DNA of 58,705 nucleotides, filler included, from Platydemus manokwari (taxonomy: Eukaryota): assembly GCA_037951405.1 (NCBI GenBank). It is 6 parts of 6 records of this genome, joined end to end, with 100 filler letters (N's around TTAATTAATTAA, not from the genome) between each part and the next. Parts side by side here need not be neighbours in the genome. Positions count along the whole stretch, not along the records: positions 20,709 to 29,804 come from JBBMOY011300205.1; positions 29,905 to 39,349 come from JBBMOY011248874.1; 4 more parts are not named here. One strand, given 5' to 3'. Below the pieces are notes generated by a model. It was not told where the DNA came from, ran no database searches, and saw only the letters and a program-made list of their open reading frames with translations. Each line of letters begins with the position of its first letter. Position 1 is the first letter of the stretch. This document shows, piece after piece, positions 24,339-38,652 of this stretch. The translations under genes were made by a program, and so were the position numbers.

Positions 24339-26205
24339 TAATGTTGAGTCAATAATAAACTGTAAACCACTTACTAGATCGTACATTGGTCTGTAAGATG
24401 TGTGAACTCCTGCTAGAAATGGTGTGGGGGTACTGAGTACATCGATAATTGTCTTTGGAATAATTGGAATGAAAACATTTCTATAATTCATAAAATCTTT
24501 ATAATAACAATTTTTTAATGAATAATATAGAATTGATCACAAAAATTTCAATAGTTATATTATTAATTTTTCATTAAAACTAGGTTTCCCTGTTTGCATC
24601 AATAAAACTCCTTATAAAACTATTGATTTGAAAGAGTTCGATTAAGGAAATGGATTCTTAAGCAGACATTATATTTAATCGTAAAGCTAATCGTTTTACA
24701 ACATTATTTATTTCATAAATTTAAATAACAATTTCATTACAAAAAATATAATTTTTAAAAATAAATATTGAAAAAAGAAAATTGATGATCTTCATAAGCT
24801 TTGCATTTTCCCAATGAAAACTTCGAATTGATTATACTTAAATAAGGTGAAAATCAATATTAATAAATTATAATAAATATTTCTTCATTTTTTCATGTCA
24901 TGGAGTTTCCACAATGCAAGGTTATTAATTCATGGAATAGTGTAGATAAATTAAGTTTGTTCATCACTTGAATGTACGATCAACGCAAATATCTCTAATT
25001 TAGAAACATTTTCTTACAAAACTTCTTACAGTGATCTGCTTTATCAACCTTAACTGATACTCTTTCATAAACGTTGTATTTAATAATATTTCAATGGTTT
25101 ATTTATGATCAAACCATCTATTTAACCAGAAAAAAATTTAACAGTTATTATCAGGCCTGTGAAATTGCAGCCGAAACATGAGTCGAACAAATTAAAAAAT
25201 TCTATCAACTCCAACCTACCATTTTCATTATTAAAAATAAATATGAAAAAATATAATATTCGAAGGTTATTCAACAATTTAAATGTTATACAACAGCTCT
25301 ATTATCGAACAAAGTTAATGTGAACCTTTACAATCAGATCTTATAGAATTAGTTAGGTCTGGCTTAATTGAAACTATGCGATTTCTGAGATTAAATTGTT
25401 TTAAATACAATAAATTATAAACAAATCTTTTTTGAAGTCACTTTGACATACTTATTTTATTATGTCAAGAAGATCAAAGCCGGACTTGTTTTGGTGCGAC
25501 TTGTGAGCTCTTTGGCATATTATCATGATTCATAGATTATTTCTATAAAATGAAAAATAATTAACTTACAAATTTGATATTTGTTCATCTAATTTTTCGG
25601 ATATTTTAACTTTATATTTTTATTTGTATTTTTAACCAAACACATTAAGATACTTGAAATAAATGCTTGCATCGAAACCCTCTTCTCAAATTTCTTAACC
25701 TCTATTAAACATTTTTTCAGTACATATTCTTAAATATATTCTTTTCGTTTTCTTTGATGGGGGAGGGCAAAATGTTAGACATGTTTCATTTATAAATATA
25801 AGATTCCCCAAAAATATCATATATGAACTTATTTAAATTATAATTCAAATATTTGATATTTTTCCTAAAGATTCCAAACATAATATCTATGATTTTCAAT
25901 AATTTATAATAGGACAATCACATTTTTGCGATACCGTTTTGTTTTCGAATCAATGTACTTATAGTTTAATTGAATATATGAAAAAATTATTATTACACAT
26001 TGTTTAGCAAGTATATGAATTAGCCTTATATTTTTATAAATAATCTGTATTTTAAACACAATATTTCAATACCCGTATTTAAGAGGATACATCAGAGACC
26101 GGAGAGCATGACAGGCTTCAGTTAAACGATTGAAACTTTGGGAATAAAGCAGTATTTTCTGATCATTTATTAAGCTTGAGAATATCGCTAATACATTTTG
26201 CATTC
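21667..26205 (-). CDS. SBF2: SET-binding factor / myotubularin-related 5/13, DENN-dDENN region (internal fragment); exons 26205-26073, 24480-24375, 23212-23099, 22324-22133, 22083-21853, 21809-21667
   Basis: Spliced: NVLAIFSSLINDQKILLYSQSFNRLTEACHALRSLMYPLKYGNVFIPIIP...VLSTPTPFLAGV...DVVMVDLDGG...QDKQLRAVFIRLF..LFAGYRSCL...RGTPYRVCDVFDE...KKLYDNEN. Colinear with recalled human SBF1/SBF2; all phases consistent. SBF1 and SBF2 cannot be told apart (invertebrates typically have one ortholog). Confidence 0.92.
24288..24337. repeat. (TAA)n microsatellite in SBF intron
   Basis: About 16 perfect TAA units; this explains the poly-Y run in the ORF track. Confidence 0.95.
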
Positions 26206-26272
26206 CTTAAAAAGAATAATTAATTAATTAATGAACATAATAATTAAAATGATAATAATAAATAAAAATAAA

Positions 26273-26300
26273 AATAATAATAATAATAATAATAATAATA
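26273..26300. repeat. (TAA)n microsatellite
   Basis: About 9 TAA units; this explains the poly-I run in the ORF track. Confidence 0.9.
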
Positions 26301-29300
26301 CTGATAATAAAATAAACAACGAATAAATAAATAATGACAATATTGATCTTAATTAAATTTAACTTATGTAAGAGATACGAAATCGAACTATGATATTTCG
26401 CTATAATATTTAAACATAATTCAAATCTTATGCACCTGGACGCTTCAATGCAATATACATGTTTTACAAACATATAAAATAACATTTACAGACTAATAAT
26501 ATCACTAAAACTACCTACAATAATTCAAATTTATTCTGAATTTCAATTTGATATTTATAGCATATTTACACATTGAATAATTCGTATTCATATAAAATAT
26601 TTTATGTTTATTCCAGTTATTGAAACCGTATCAAAATTAAAAGCGTATTATTATTTCCTTCAGTTATTTCGATATTATAATTTTGATATTAATATTTAGA
26701 TAACAGATAATGAAGTGCAAAATATCTGCATAAATAATGTTAGCACACAAGTAGATTAATGGCTTATTTTAAAAATAATTAGATAAGGAGGTTTAAAAGA
26801 CGTCACAGTGGAGAATTCTTAAAAATCCAACTGCAAATCGTTAATACTTCAATTAACTCTATATTAACTATCCGGTACTGATTATAAATTAACTCATTGA
26901 TAACATATTCGAAATGTTGAATTGCCAAGCCAAAAAAGTGTCTAATGGCTTGCATGGTAAAGCATCAATTTTAAAAAGATTTTACAGAATTAAAATTTAA
27001 GAAAAATCATGATTATTGAATATAATTTCATTTTTTAAGAGGCTCAAAGAAAGAATTAATTACAAATAACGTAAGAACATCAGAAGATTGGATTGAAATT
27101 TACAGCTAAAATGGAAAACCAAAAGATTATGTTTGACATTCAATACACGTATCGTAGTGCCCAAAATAGAAAATAATGAGAAAATGTTTTCATATACTGC
27201 AATTCAGGGAAATATGTACTTTTGTGAATGAATTATAAGTCTTTAAATTCATATGAAACTCTTGTGTAATATTATTCATATTTTACAATGATTTTAAGAA
27301 AATATAACGATTTACTTATGTTTTCATTAAGGTTATGCTTGGGTAAATTTCAAGTCTATAGCCAATAGATATTTTAGCTTAATAATATATAATATATTTC
27401 AAATATAACATTAACGGGTCATTTTAACGAATGTTTGGTTTTAAAGGTTTACCTACATTGTAGATGTTTAAATTACTTTGAAAAAAAATACCACCACAGA
27501 TTTTAGTTTTTGATTTTATCTCTCCATTTAAGAAATCTTCGACAAAATCAATTGTATTTTAAATTAAAATACTAAAAAAATTATTTTTATTGATTTTCTC
27601 ATCAGAAAAAGCTATTATCAAAAACCTTCGAAACTGGTAATAAATTTGTTCAAACAAAATTTGCAATTAAAAGATTTCGAAATTATAAAATAAACAGCAT
27701 AAAAAATAACACAAAAATATTCTTGATTTGGAGTATTTATTTTATATTTATATAAATGAATTTGCCAGGAATTAATCGAATTATTAATATTAACGTTTAT
27801 GGGTTGATTAATTTGATATTAAGATTTTCATATCCACAATAAGTACAGATAAAAATTAAACTGATATCATGAAGGTGAGTGAGAAGAACAAGTAAATTTA
27901 TTCATTAAACTTAAGATTATCGGTTATTTCAGTAATTGAATTAATCGAATATATTCACCTTATGAAATCGCATTTTCGACATTGGCACTTAATGTGTTGC
28001 CATTATAAAATCTGTGGTACACTATTGAAACATAATTTAATAAGATTTATAAACAAGCAAGATGATGACACACCGTTTTTACTGAATCGCTACTATCAGT
28101 AGTGTCGAATATATGGATATTTCATCAATTATAAAACTTGTATTTATAATATAAATGACTGACAATAAATTATATTCCGTTCAAGTTAAAGTAAACAGAT
28201 AATTTTCACAAAAAATCATATCTTTTCGGGTAAAATGGATTAATACGTGTTTGAAAATGATTTTATTAAAAATCAATGAAATTATCACATTTTAATGAAG
28301 GATTTCATGTTGTCATTAGAAGAGTAAAGAAAACACACAGTATATAAATCTAGGAATTATAACATTAAATCAAAATCTTAAATCGATTTTAAGTATAAAT
28401 TAAGTATAAATAATAAAATATAATAAAAATTTAGGTCAATGTTTTTGTAAATATGATTTTACAGAATTTTTAAAAAATATTGATTGGACACTTATTCTCA
28501 CGAATCTTTAAAAGATTACATGAAATAAACATTTGAAAACCATTTAATATGAGAATAAGTAGTATTTTTAAAAATTTATATTGCAGGTATGACCAACATA
28601 ATTCTACCGATAGTCCTTTCTAACTTGGATTTGTTCCAACAATACACTCTCCAAGATTGATTAAAATAGTATAAATTGTTATGAGTTTGCGGCAACAGAC
28701 ATCAGAAAAGAAACAAAGATACAACAGTATTCTTCATTGTTTACATTGTCAAATTACAGTTGAAAATGTGATGGGATAAGTAATTTTGGATTTTTATATT
28801 CTCGTGGTAATTATGTTATACATTCATGATTTTTTGAGATAAAGATGAACCGATCGATATTCTCGAATTTATAATATCAAGAATATTAAATTAGAAGTGT
28901 GATAACAAGAAATATTAATTGATAATATTAACATAAATTAAATTTTCATTTAATAATTAAAGAAAATATGAATTTGAGATATCTATTAATTTTTGTCTTT
29001 TATCGACTCAACATGACTGAAAAACATTTCATAAAAAAGTGCATGAAAATATAGATGAATTAATCAAAAGAATCTAAGTAAACAATTGAATCAATAACCG
29101 ATAAGATCTGAATTATAATATAATCAAGAACAAAATTAAATTATTAGATGGATAAAGTTGTGCACTTAATGCTTAAATAAAGCACTCGTTAGTAGATTAT
29201 TCAATAATTAGTCACTTGTTCGTCAATATTCAACTGTCTGTGTGGACACGATTTATTAATGCGAAACAATCCACTAGGTGGGTGAATCATCGTTCTAAAA

Positions 29301-29804
29301 TTTTAATCACTCCCATTTGACAAATCTAATTACTTATCTTAAATTTAATTTAAATGGAGTGTGTGCCAATGGCATCAGTAATTAATATTTATTAAAAATA
29401 ACTATTAACATGTATATCGATTGTTTAAAAGTTTGTGAAATTGGGACTTATCTTCTCAATATTAATAAACAAAACCTATCTAATTCCCAAATATATGCAA
29501 AGATAATTTATACAATTCTCTTTGGTTAACATTGCAAACAAATTAATAGGAATTTCACTTTATAATTAATCAATATTGATTTTGATTAAATTAATTTATA
29601 CTGGCATAATAAGATCAAATAAATATTAAAGCACCCGCATTAACTTTTTATAGAATTGAAATTATCTAGACCTTTGGTATCAAACATGTATATATATCTG
29701 CCCTACTATGTATCCCAATGACATTATACGATAAATAAGGTTATTTCAAAATCTAAAGCATTGAATTTGCATCAATACCGTGTAGTTTGAACCTTTCACG
29801 AAAT

Positions 29805-29904
29805 NNNNNNNNNNNNNNNNNNNNNNNNNNNNNNNNNNNNNNNNNNNNTTAATTAATTAANNNNNNNNNNNNNNNNNNNNNNNNNNNNNNNNNNNNNNNN
29901 NNNN
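29805..29904. other. Artificial contig spacer
   Basis: 44 N + TTAATTAATTAA + 44 N. Confidence 0.97.
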
Positions 29905-30298
29905 AGGCTCGAACGCTTTTCTAAGCCTCTCTTCAAAACCTCTTCCTTCGGTGGCCTCATATATTGGCAGCAATTCTATCGTGAGAAAAGCCTTCACCAG
30001 TGTTTCTTCGAATTCTCTTGGCTGTGGAGTCAGCTTGATAAATCTCTTCAATTCTATAATGAATTTTAATTGTTCTGCTGGCTTCATAAAATTCTGGACG
30101 TTGGTCGCCATGTTACAAATAAGACGTTTTACAATGAATAATTTATTTAATTTTATTATTAGTGATGTAATAAAGTCTTGAGAGGTTTATTGGATTGTAG
30201 CAACTGACAATTGCGCAATAACTAATCAACATGCAATCAAACAAACACACACATCATACATACCACATTCACATTTCTATTTACGAATCTCCCTTACA
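29905..30298 (-). mobile_element. 5' end of an LTR retrotransposon: putative 188-bp LTR (30298-30111), PBS (30110-30100) and gag-like ORF start, cut by the spacer
   Basis: On the minus strand, TGTAAG...TAACA termini with internal AATAAA, immediately followed by the PBS-like TGGCGACCAAC. An intronless open frame MATNVQNFMKP... runs into the gap. Confidence 0.65.
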
Positions 30299-30939
30299 CT
30301 GTTAATTCTGCATTATTATTAATTACAAAAATTGAGAATAATGAAAAATTAAATTTATCTAAATTCAAGAAGGTTATCAAGAAATGTCCCACAAATCTAC
30401 TATTAGCATTGCATATCAATCGACAAGACTTCTATCGGTTTTGGGATTGCATGAACCTAGATGAAAGTTAAATCAACATAGAGCTAATCCAATTTAATCC
30501 ACAAGAATGAGTTGTAATAAAGATATAGAATGAAAGGAGATTGAAATTTTGACACAGATGAATCTTCATTTTTAATAAAATTTCAGTAATGGAAACTATT
30601 TTAAAATTGTATATAATTTACATATAATAATTTATTAGATAATCAAAATAATAAAAATTGTATATTTTTGATTTTCAATTAATTATAAATTCAAATAATT
30701 ACTTGGTAATAGGGTATTTTTGATTATTTATTATTGTTTTACTATATCATCATTACTAATTGAAAGTATATCAATTTTAAAGTATAACATATTTAACATA
30801 TATTTCTAATTTAACTTAATTTTAAATAAATTTAATATTTTAAGATATACTAGTATTTTAGTAAGTTAACCTAAAGTACTGTTTGATTATCTGAATGGTT
30901 TTAGTTTATTCAAAATTTCTATTTTTTAGTCATTTCTTT

Positions 30940-33900
30940 ATGAATGATTACAAGGTTGTTTTATTGGGTAGTGGTGGTGTTGGAAAAAGTGCATTAACAG
31001 TTCAGTTTGTGTCCGGAGTTTTTGTCGAGTCTTATGATCCAACTATTGAAGATTTTTATGTTAAGAAAATTAGGTTTGTATTTAAATATTTCATATATGC
31101 GTTGTGTTGTTAAATTTAACTATTTCAGAGTTTCAGATGAAATAAAAACAGTAGAAATTCTAGACACTGCAGGTCTTGAACAGTTTTCGTGTATGAGAGA
31201 TTTGTACATAAAAAATGGCGATGGTTTCGTAATAGTATATAGTATAACAAGTGACGAAAGTTTTCAGGAAATTAAACATTTGAAAGATCATATAATGAAA
31301 ATCAAGCCTAATGTTAAAGTATGGAATTTCAATATGAACTTTTAATTACTAATTTTGTTTATTATAATTTTTCTTTAAACGATTTTATTTAAATTAAGTT
31401 ATAAAATTATAAGGTTGATTTATTTATATTTATTAAAAATAATAATTTAAAATTTTCCTTAATATATTTTATTTAAACTTGACCCTGGAGGCTTATGTTT
31501 TGTCAATGAATTTTTAGAAAATTTAAATTTTTTAAAATATTATTCTGTCAATAAATATGTCTAATGTTTTTATTGATTGGTTAACAATAAAACTACTAAC
31601 GCATCTTGAACGTTTGGGTTTGCATTTTGTATTAATAAATAAAATGAAGTTTCAAATGCAGATAAAAATAGTATTTGTCAATGTAATTCGAGATAAAATG
31701 TCGTTATTCTATTGGTTGTTAATCTCTCCAATAGTAACTAATTACAATTGACCTTGGCAATCATTGGTTATCACCTATGGTTATCATCAATGTAATCAAA
31801 ACAGATGGTTTTAATGTCAGTTGTCGTTAAATTAAATGTTGATTTTGTTTCAGTTCATCTTTTTTTCAATTTCTGTGTTAGATTGAAAAGCACTTATGAG
31901 TTCAATTATGGACAAGATCATTCATTGACGTTGTCAATTGCTATTGGTTGACATTTTCTCATGACAACCAATCATATTTAATGAGCTAAAATAATGTGCA
32001 ATTTGTTTTAAATAATCTATATTTCATCAAATCGAAACAATTTTTTCTCTATTTGTATTACAATTGACTAACCGGATAATTTATTATTAGTTTGGCTTTT
32101 TTTCGGTGAGCAAATAATGAAAAATCGTGTAAATCAATAATAATTAACGATAATTTAAATTATTTTGACCACGACTGATTTTCCACATGAGTGAACAAAC
32201 GTAATTCATGTGTGTTCATCCTGTTTGATATCGACTATTTTTACTATTGTTTGCATCACATGCTTATTAATTGATGTCGGTTTATCAGTGACAATATTCA
32301 TTCACACATTTTTATCGGACATTTATTAATATTTTTGACTTGCGTTGTAATAATGATTTGGAATTCACATGGATGAAAAAAATCGCAACCTTGTAACCAT
32401 ATATATATGTGTGCGTGTGTGTGTGTGTGAATGAGAAGGGTTTCTGGCATTTCTAATGATTAGCCTTGTGAATTATAATATATTCTCATCAAATCTCGCA
32501 TATTTTTTTAAATTACAACAATACAAACAAATTTACAGAAATAAACTTCATTGCAATTTTTTATTAAAATAATTTTGTTACAATAACTAATATATTCCCG
32601 TGGGTCTTTAGTATGGTTTGGAATAGAGCTGGAGAATTTGTAAGAAAATAATTTCATTCGATGATAAGAAATACAATCCACAAAAAGAGTATTTCTTTAT
32701 CAACAATAAATTGTAAAATATATTTTTAAAATATAACTCCAAGATAAATAAATAATAAATATAAAATATCAGGTGACTTCTCATCACTCATTTTTCATTT
32801 TATCTACTGTTTTATATACTTTTCTATAGTTATGATTGAACCAATGATAATTCGAATAAGTAGTAATTTGATTTTGTCGATGCTTTCGCTATTGGATAAT
32901 AGTTAGAATGTACTTCTGTAATTTAGTCACTACTGAGTTCTATTTCATGATCAACTTGCACAACGTAGCTTTTCATTTTGGTTTCTTTCCAGAATACATC
33001 TCACAATTTATGACAATTCAATGCAAATTTTTAATTATTAGCAAATATCCTTAATTAGATTAAACAAAATTCGAGTGATAGAAATTTTTTGAATTCATTA
33101 TAATGAAAAAGTATTTCACGTAGATACTCGAAAAGTTGCAAAAAAGTCAAAGATAATTTCAGACTAATTGTATTTCTCAGCATATTTTCATTACATTTTT
33201 GGCTTCAATTAATTATGAAAGAAAAATACAATAATATGATTTAATATTTGACAAATATTTCTTTGATAATCAATTAAATATTTTATTATTTGTATATGAA
33301 ATATATTAAGAACAGGTAAAAATTAAATTGATTTTATTTCTATGGCAACAATTCCATAGATATCTTTTAGTAATGGACTATCATTAATAATTTCAATCAA
33401 TCTCTATCATTGTCCAATTGACAGTTTTAATCGATTATTAAACTATGTCTTGATATCGAGACAAAATTTTTTTATGAATTTTATTTTAAACATTGAAACA
33501 AAAATATTGAACAAAATACACGTTTTGTATTTGAAAATTAGTTTGAATCAGTATAAATCACATCAACTTATCTCAATGGTTTAATCTGAAATTAAGCTGC
33601 TTGATCCACAATGATTTTCCACATACAATTCACAAAATATCGATTGTTTAAAGTTCTATTATATCTTATCTATTATCATCATTGTTGTTTGTTAATCGAT
33701 ATTTTATTGGTTCTGAATGTCAGGTACCAATAGTTCTTGTGGGTAACAAAGTTGATTTAACAACGGACCATCGTGAAGTGAAACGGTCTTCTGCAGAAAA
33801 ACTTGCCATGGAATGGGGTTGTCCGTTTTTCGAGGCATCGGCAAAAAAGAACGTCGCAGTCAACGATTCATTTCAACGTTTGATAGACAATGTGAGTTCA

Positions 33901-34142
33901 TATTATTTATTCTTTGAAAGTGCAAATGACTCATAGACCATTGATTTGATTCTTTGGTATGTCAGTGGTGTTTGTGTGTTTGTGCGTGCGTGTGTGTGTG
34001 TTTCACATTATTGTCAATATGAGAAATACTACTCAAAATTCCGAGTATCACCTTGAATCAATAATCACTATCTTTTCAGATCGCCAAGTCTGCTCGATGT
34101 CAAAAATCGAAAATTAACAACCAATGTTGTATGCTTATGTAA
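30940..34142 (+). CDS. RAP2: Ras-related GTPase Rap2, complete, 184 aa; exons 30940-31073, 31129-31318, 33724-33891, 34080-34142
   Basis: GSGGVGKS P-loop, effector loop YDPTIEDFY (F39 is Rap2-type), [23 protein letters not shown]-terminal CC-MLM CAAX. Splice phases consistent. Confidence 0.93.
32408..32429. repeat. (GT)n microsatellite in Rap2 intron
   Basis: tgtgtgcgtgtgtgtgtgtgtg; a similar tract lies at about 33975-34000. Confidence 0.8.
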
Positions 34143-34401
34143 ACTTTGCAATTTGTCGTCGTTTATTCTTTCTTTCCCCATAAATCTTGTTCTCATATTT
34201 ACATAGATTCGATCAATCTCGTGTTGAAACTGCTATTTTATATTTGTAAAAAAAAATACAAAATATAAAAACATTAAATCCATTGATTTTTTATTGAAAT
34301 TATGACAAAAATTTTTTTTTCAACCAAACAAGTTCAATTATGTTTTAGCATGCATTTGATCGTTTATTTTGACCGGTGTTTCGAAGAAATTATTATTATT
34401 T

Positions 34402-37400
34402 TTATTCCATGATAAATGGAGGTGGAGCCGGCATATCGTCATTGGCATTGGTTGGTGGAGATCTGCTGTGTACATTCTGAAATGGGAATAAAAATAATTA
34501 ATTAATAATTGATGCAGATGATTTTTCGATTTTTCCCATCGAAGGTTAATAAGGTATGTAGGGGTTGAAGATATTGCCAACTATGACTCTTTGCAAGCAT
34601 CTCTTAACAAATCAGAACATAAATTTTGATTATTAGAAAGAAAACAATGGTTAAAATTCCATAAATTCTTGTTTATATTCAATCACAACTATAAACTCTA
34701 AAAAGGAATAGGCCCTTCCTTCCCTTTGTTTATATTGTTCAATGTAAAATGTACTTTTAAAATCTACCCCGGAAAAAGTTTTGTTTCAATTTGCTATAAA
34801 TGAAATGAAAAAAATATTCCAAAAAACTGATAATCAATATATTACAGTGAATAAAATAAAAATGAGCTTTCAACAGTTAAGATCGATATTTGATATATTA
34901 TCTGTCACGCTGAACGATTTTCAAACTTATAAGTTTTGTAGAACAATTCATTTATTTAATATTAAATCTGTTCATTATGATGATGTGAAAAGTTTTCCTA
35001 GTTTTGTCACTGTGATTACACAATCGTTCGACATATTTTCGGATTGATAAAAATTTGGTTTGTGATTTTATAGATAAATATTTGACGACATGATTTATTG
35101 TATATCAAATAGGTAAAAGATTGAAAAGATATTTTATTCAATGACCCGGTTTTATTTATGTTATAACATCATGTTTACAAATCTAATTGAAATTATTATG
35201 GTATTTTGTGAGAATTTCTCTCACTGAAAATTCACTGACTCCAAATGATTTTGAATATTATTTAAAAAAATGGAATAATTATTTGATGTTGATATATTTT
35301 TTTCTAAATTATCCTAAGAATTTCATGATTTTATGAACACAATATGTGTAGTAGTTTCAACCATCTCGGTATGAGCCATCCAGCGTTGTAAAATTATATA
35401 GTTCGAAAAGCCCATTATAAATATAAATTGTATCATTTGATCTGGATAAAGCTGTGTTAAAATAGTCATTTTCCAATTGGTTCAATGTTTCTATAATAAT
35501 TTGATAGTTTGTTCAGGATCGGTGAACATTATAGAAGTGAAAATTATTTCAATTCTTCTCCATTGCATAATCTGTTAATGAACATTACACGTTTTCTACA
35601 AAATATACGTCTATATTGAGATCTATTTGTGAATTTTCCGTTGAATGGAATTTTATGAATTTCATTAATTTTCAACGATTAATTGCGCACCTAAAATGAC
35701 AACCAAGAACTTGTGCCATTGATAAAGATGAAATTTTAGTAGTAAACATATTCAATGAAATTGTTCATTGATCTTCAAATTGAGTGAGAAACGAGAATAG
35801 ATTATTATTATTATCAACATTTACTATAATCAGTGAGGATTATTCTATATTTAGTGGTGTTATTTATGAATCATGAATTCCATTTCTAAACAAAGTTGTA
35901 ACGAAATAATACACACGAACATATTATAATCAGTCAACAATCCGATCCAATAATAATAAATAACATACATGAAGAATTAAGGTGAAATATAAAATTAACA
36001 TTTATGATTTTATTATTAGAAATTGTATTCTATTGGTTATTTTTGATTTAGACCAAATTATTCGTTAATGATTCATGTTCATAATTAATTCGAGCAAATT
36101 TTTCAAATATTAAAATCGTCAATGTAAAAAAATAATTTAATAAATATATTAAAATAATCATTATTGGTAATATATTTGTTTATTAACTCTAATATAGCCT
36201 CCAACATAATAATACCGAATAAATCATCAGTTAATTTTAATAAATAATAAACTGACAACACCTCAGAGAACAAGTTTTATTATTTCTTAAAATGGTTTGT
36301 TTTAATAACCATTGGAAAAATTCGTAGAATCATAAAACATTGTGCATCTATCAATGTGACATTGATTTTTAGACTTCTGATCAAATTGTGTATGTACAAT
36401 GGTGCAATGTTGCTGATAGTCAATACTGTGTGAATGCATTTAATTGGAACTCTGTGAATGAGTAATTCATGTCTGAGATTCAGATGTGTAGACTTAAATT
36501 GCCTTATTTATTGATTGTTTTTTGTTAAGCACGGTAAATTTATTTATCTAATGATTCTGATACGACTACTAGAAAGAGTTTATAGTTCAAGTTCATCTCA
36601 CAAAGTCTCGGCTCCGCCATAATCCCACCTATTTTATCACTTATAATCAAAATACAACTTAAATGTTGATTTATCGAGTTGAAATAGCATTTGATAAAAC
36701 TTGTAAGTCATATAAAATTTAAATCGATGCAAAAAATGTTCAAGTTTATAATTCGAGATGAGATTCTTTTTTGTTTAATAAAAATAGATAGGGTTCTCTG
36801 TGTGTGTTGCACATTGAATGTTTCAATACTTTTCAAAGGCCAGAAAATTAAAATTAACGAATCACTATCTTGGAAACACGAATTGTTTAAAACAACACGA
36901 TTGAGTAAAAATAAAACTATGAGTTGTGGTTCCAGTTTTGCAAAATCTTTTACTGAAATATATAATAAATAAATGAAATGTGAAATTTAGATTTTAAAAA
37001 ATCAATAATTATTTGTGAAAAATCAACCAGTTCAAATAATTAGTGCAAATAAGTCATTTAATTAAAACGATTTTGAAAGTTGAAATGCAAAGCAGTTAAA
37101 TTCATTAAAAATCAACTTTATTAAATGTTATTTCGAGTGTTATCAACCAAGCTATACTGGACTGAAAATTGATTATTAAATATTTGAGCATATTGTTATA
37201 ACCAGAACATCATCATATAAAACTGCAGTTATTATGTTCTATTTTTAGAATTTATATATTTAATAGATCGGTTTATTGACAGAATCATTACAATAACAGA
37301 ATCACACGCCACTTAATGTTGTCATTTTATTAATATTCAAGCAATATTAAACCATACTAACCCTTGGTGATCTTGCACCACTTCCATTACCGAGATTTTT

Positions 37401-37838
37401 CCGCAACCCTGCTGCTACTTGATCGTACAGCTTTTCCGTTTCAATGACATCAGGTGATTTGAAATATTTCGATTTGGTTTCGCCTCCCATTTCGATCTTT
37501 ACTATTTTTTCGGCACTTGGTTTCGATTTTTTAAAGGCATCATTGAGTTCTGAAGTGCATTCTACTTTTTTCAAGTTGGCCATTTTCTTGTAAGGATTTT
37601 CTAGTATCAATCATAGATTATAATTGATAATTGTGAATTATTTTTAATCACCTGGAGTTATATGACGTAAATCTGGTCTGAAATCTTTCATTGGTATTAC
37701 TGTAAGAATGCATTCAGCTTCGGCTGTTCCGAATTCATTAGTAGCAGTGACGTGAATATTTAATTCACCAAGATCATTGCAACGATTTATTTCCAAATAA
37801 TTTATCGATCCATCATTATATGTTTTACATATCGAATC
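34402..37838 (-). CDS. 3' end of an Ig I-set domain protein (titin/palladin-like); exons 37838-37652, 37600-37362 and probable terminal exon 34476-34402
   Basis: YLEI.....D.GE...HVTATNEFGTAEAECILTV fits the E-G strands of an I-set Ig domain. A 51-nt phase-1 intron joins PDLRHITP-E-NPYKKM. The phase-0 donor after SPR fits the acceptor of NVHSRSPP...PAPPPFIME*; that last link is less certain. Confidence 0.7.
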
Positions 37839-38581
37839 CTTAACAAAGATAACATAATCCAATGATTTATTACATGAAAAAGAAATTATAAATATTCATT
37901 TTTACTACTTTCTAAAAATAAGTAATAATAATGTTATCAATTTTTGTTTGTACATGGAAATTTTTTATAATTATTTCTTCCGAACATTAATTGATTAATA
38001 CGGATAGTTTAAAATCAACAAGATAATTTTATTCAAATTTTATGAATTTTGAATGTTTTTAAGAATTTTTCGTAAACGTCATATGAGATGATTAATTATG
38101 TAAGTCAGAGGTGTCAAAACTACGGCTAGACCAACTCTGTATCCCACGAAAAAACTGTACAGTGCATTAATACACCCGATGAAAGCCAAATTACTTACGT
38201 CCAATATATTGAGCTTACAAATCAAAGATTTTTTTGATAACCTTTATTAATATGAGCAAATAATTGAACATTCTGTGAGGTCATTGATTCGGGTCATGAA
38301 ATGAACTTAATTATTTAAGGTTGATTTAAAGCTTCTTTAAATTTTAATGCAAATTTTTTGATATTTTAATATTAATTTTATTTAATACATTAATATTATT
38401 ATTATGTAGATGTGTTTCAGATATTGATTATTTGTCCCAATAAATCCAATTGAATCTTATTGGCAATTCATGCAGCTTAGAAATCTTAGTAACCTATAAA
38501 TTATTTTAAAAAATATTACAACGCATAGATATCAGTTTGAGTTTTTTTTTATTATCATTACACTAGATTTTAATCTCATAA

Positions 38582-38652
38582 CACATTGACGGACAGTAGG
38601 AACAAATGAAATTCGAAATTAACGGCAATAGACCCAAGTGTCCGTCAACGTG
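38582..38652. mobile_element. 71-bp piggyBac-like MITE
   Basis: 14-bp terminal inverted repeats CACATTGACGGACA / TGTCCGTCAACGTG (1 mismatch), flanked by ATAA and TTAA. Confidence 0.6.

Noticed and set aside
24195-24374. Poly-Tyr protein (and poly-Ile at 26228-26485)
   Set aside because: Read-through of (TAA)n microsatellites in non-coding sequence.
38106-38126. hAT-like terminus CAGAGGTGTCAAAACTACGGC
   Set aside because: No matching inverted end or TSD was found.
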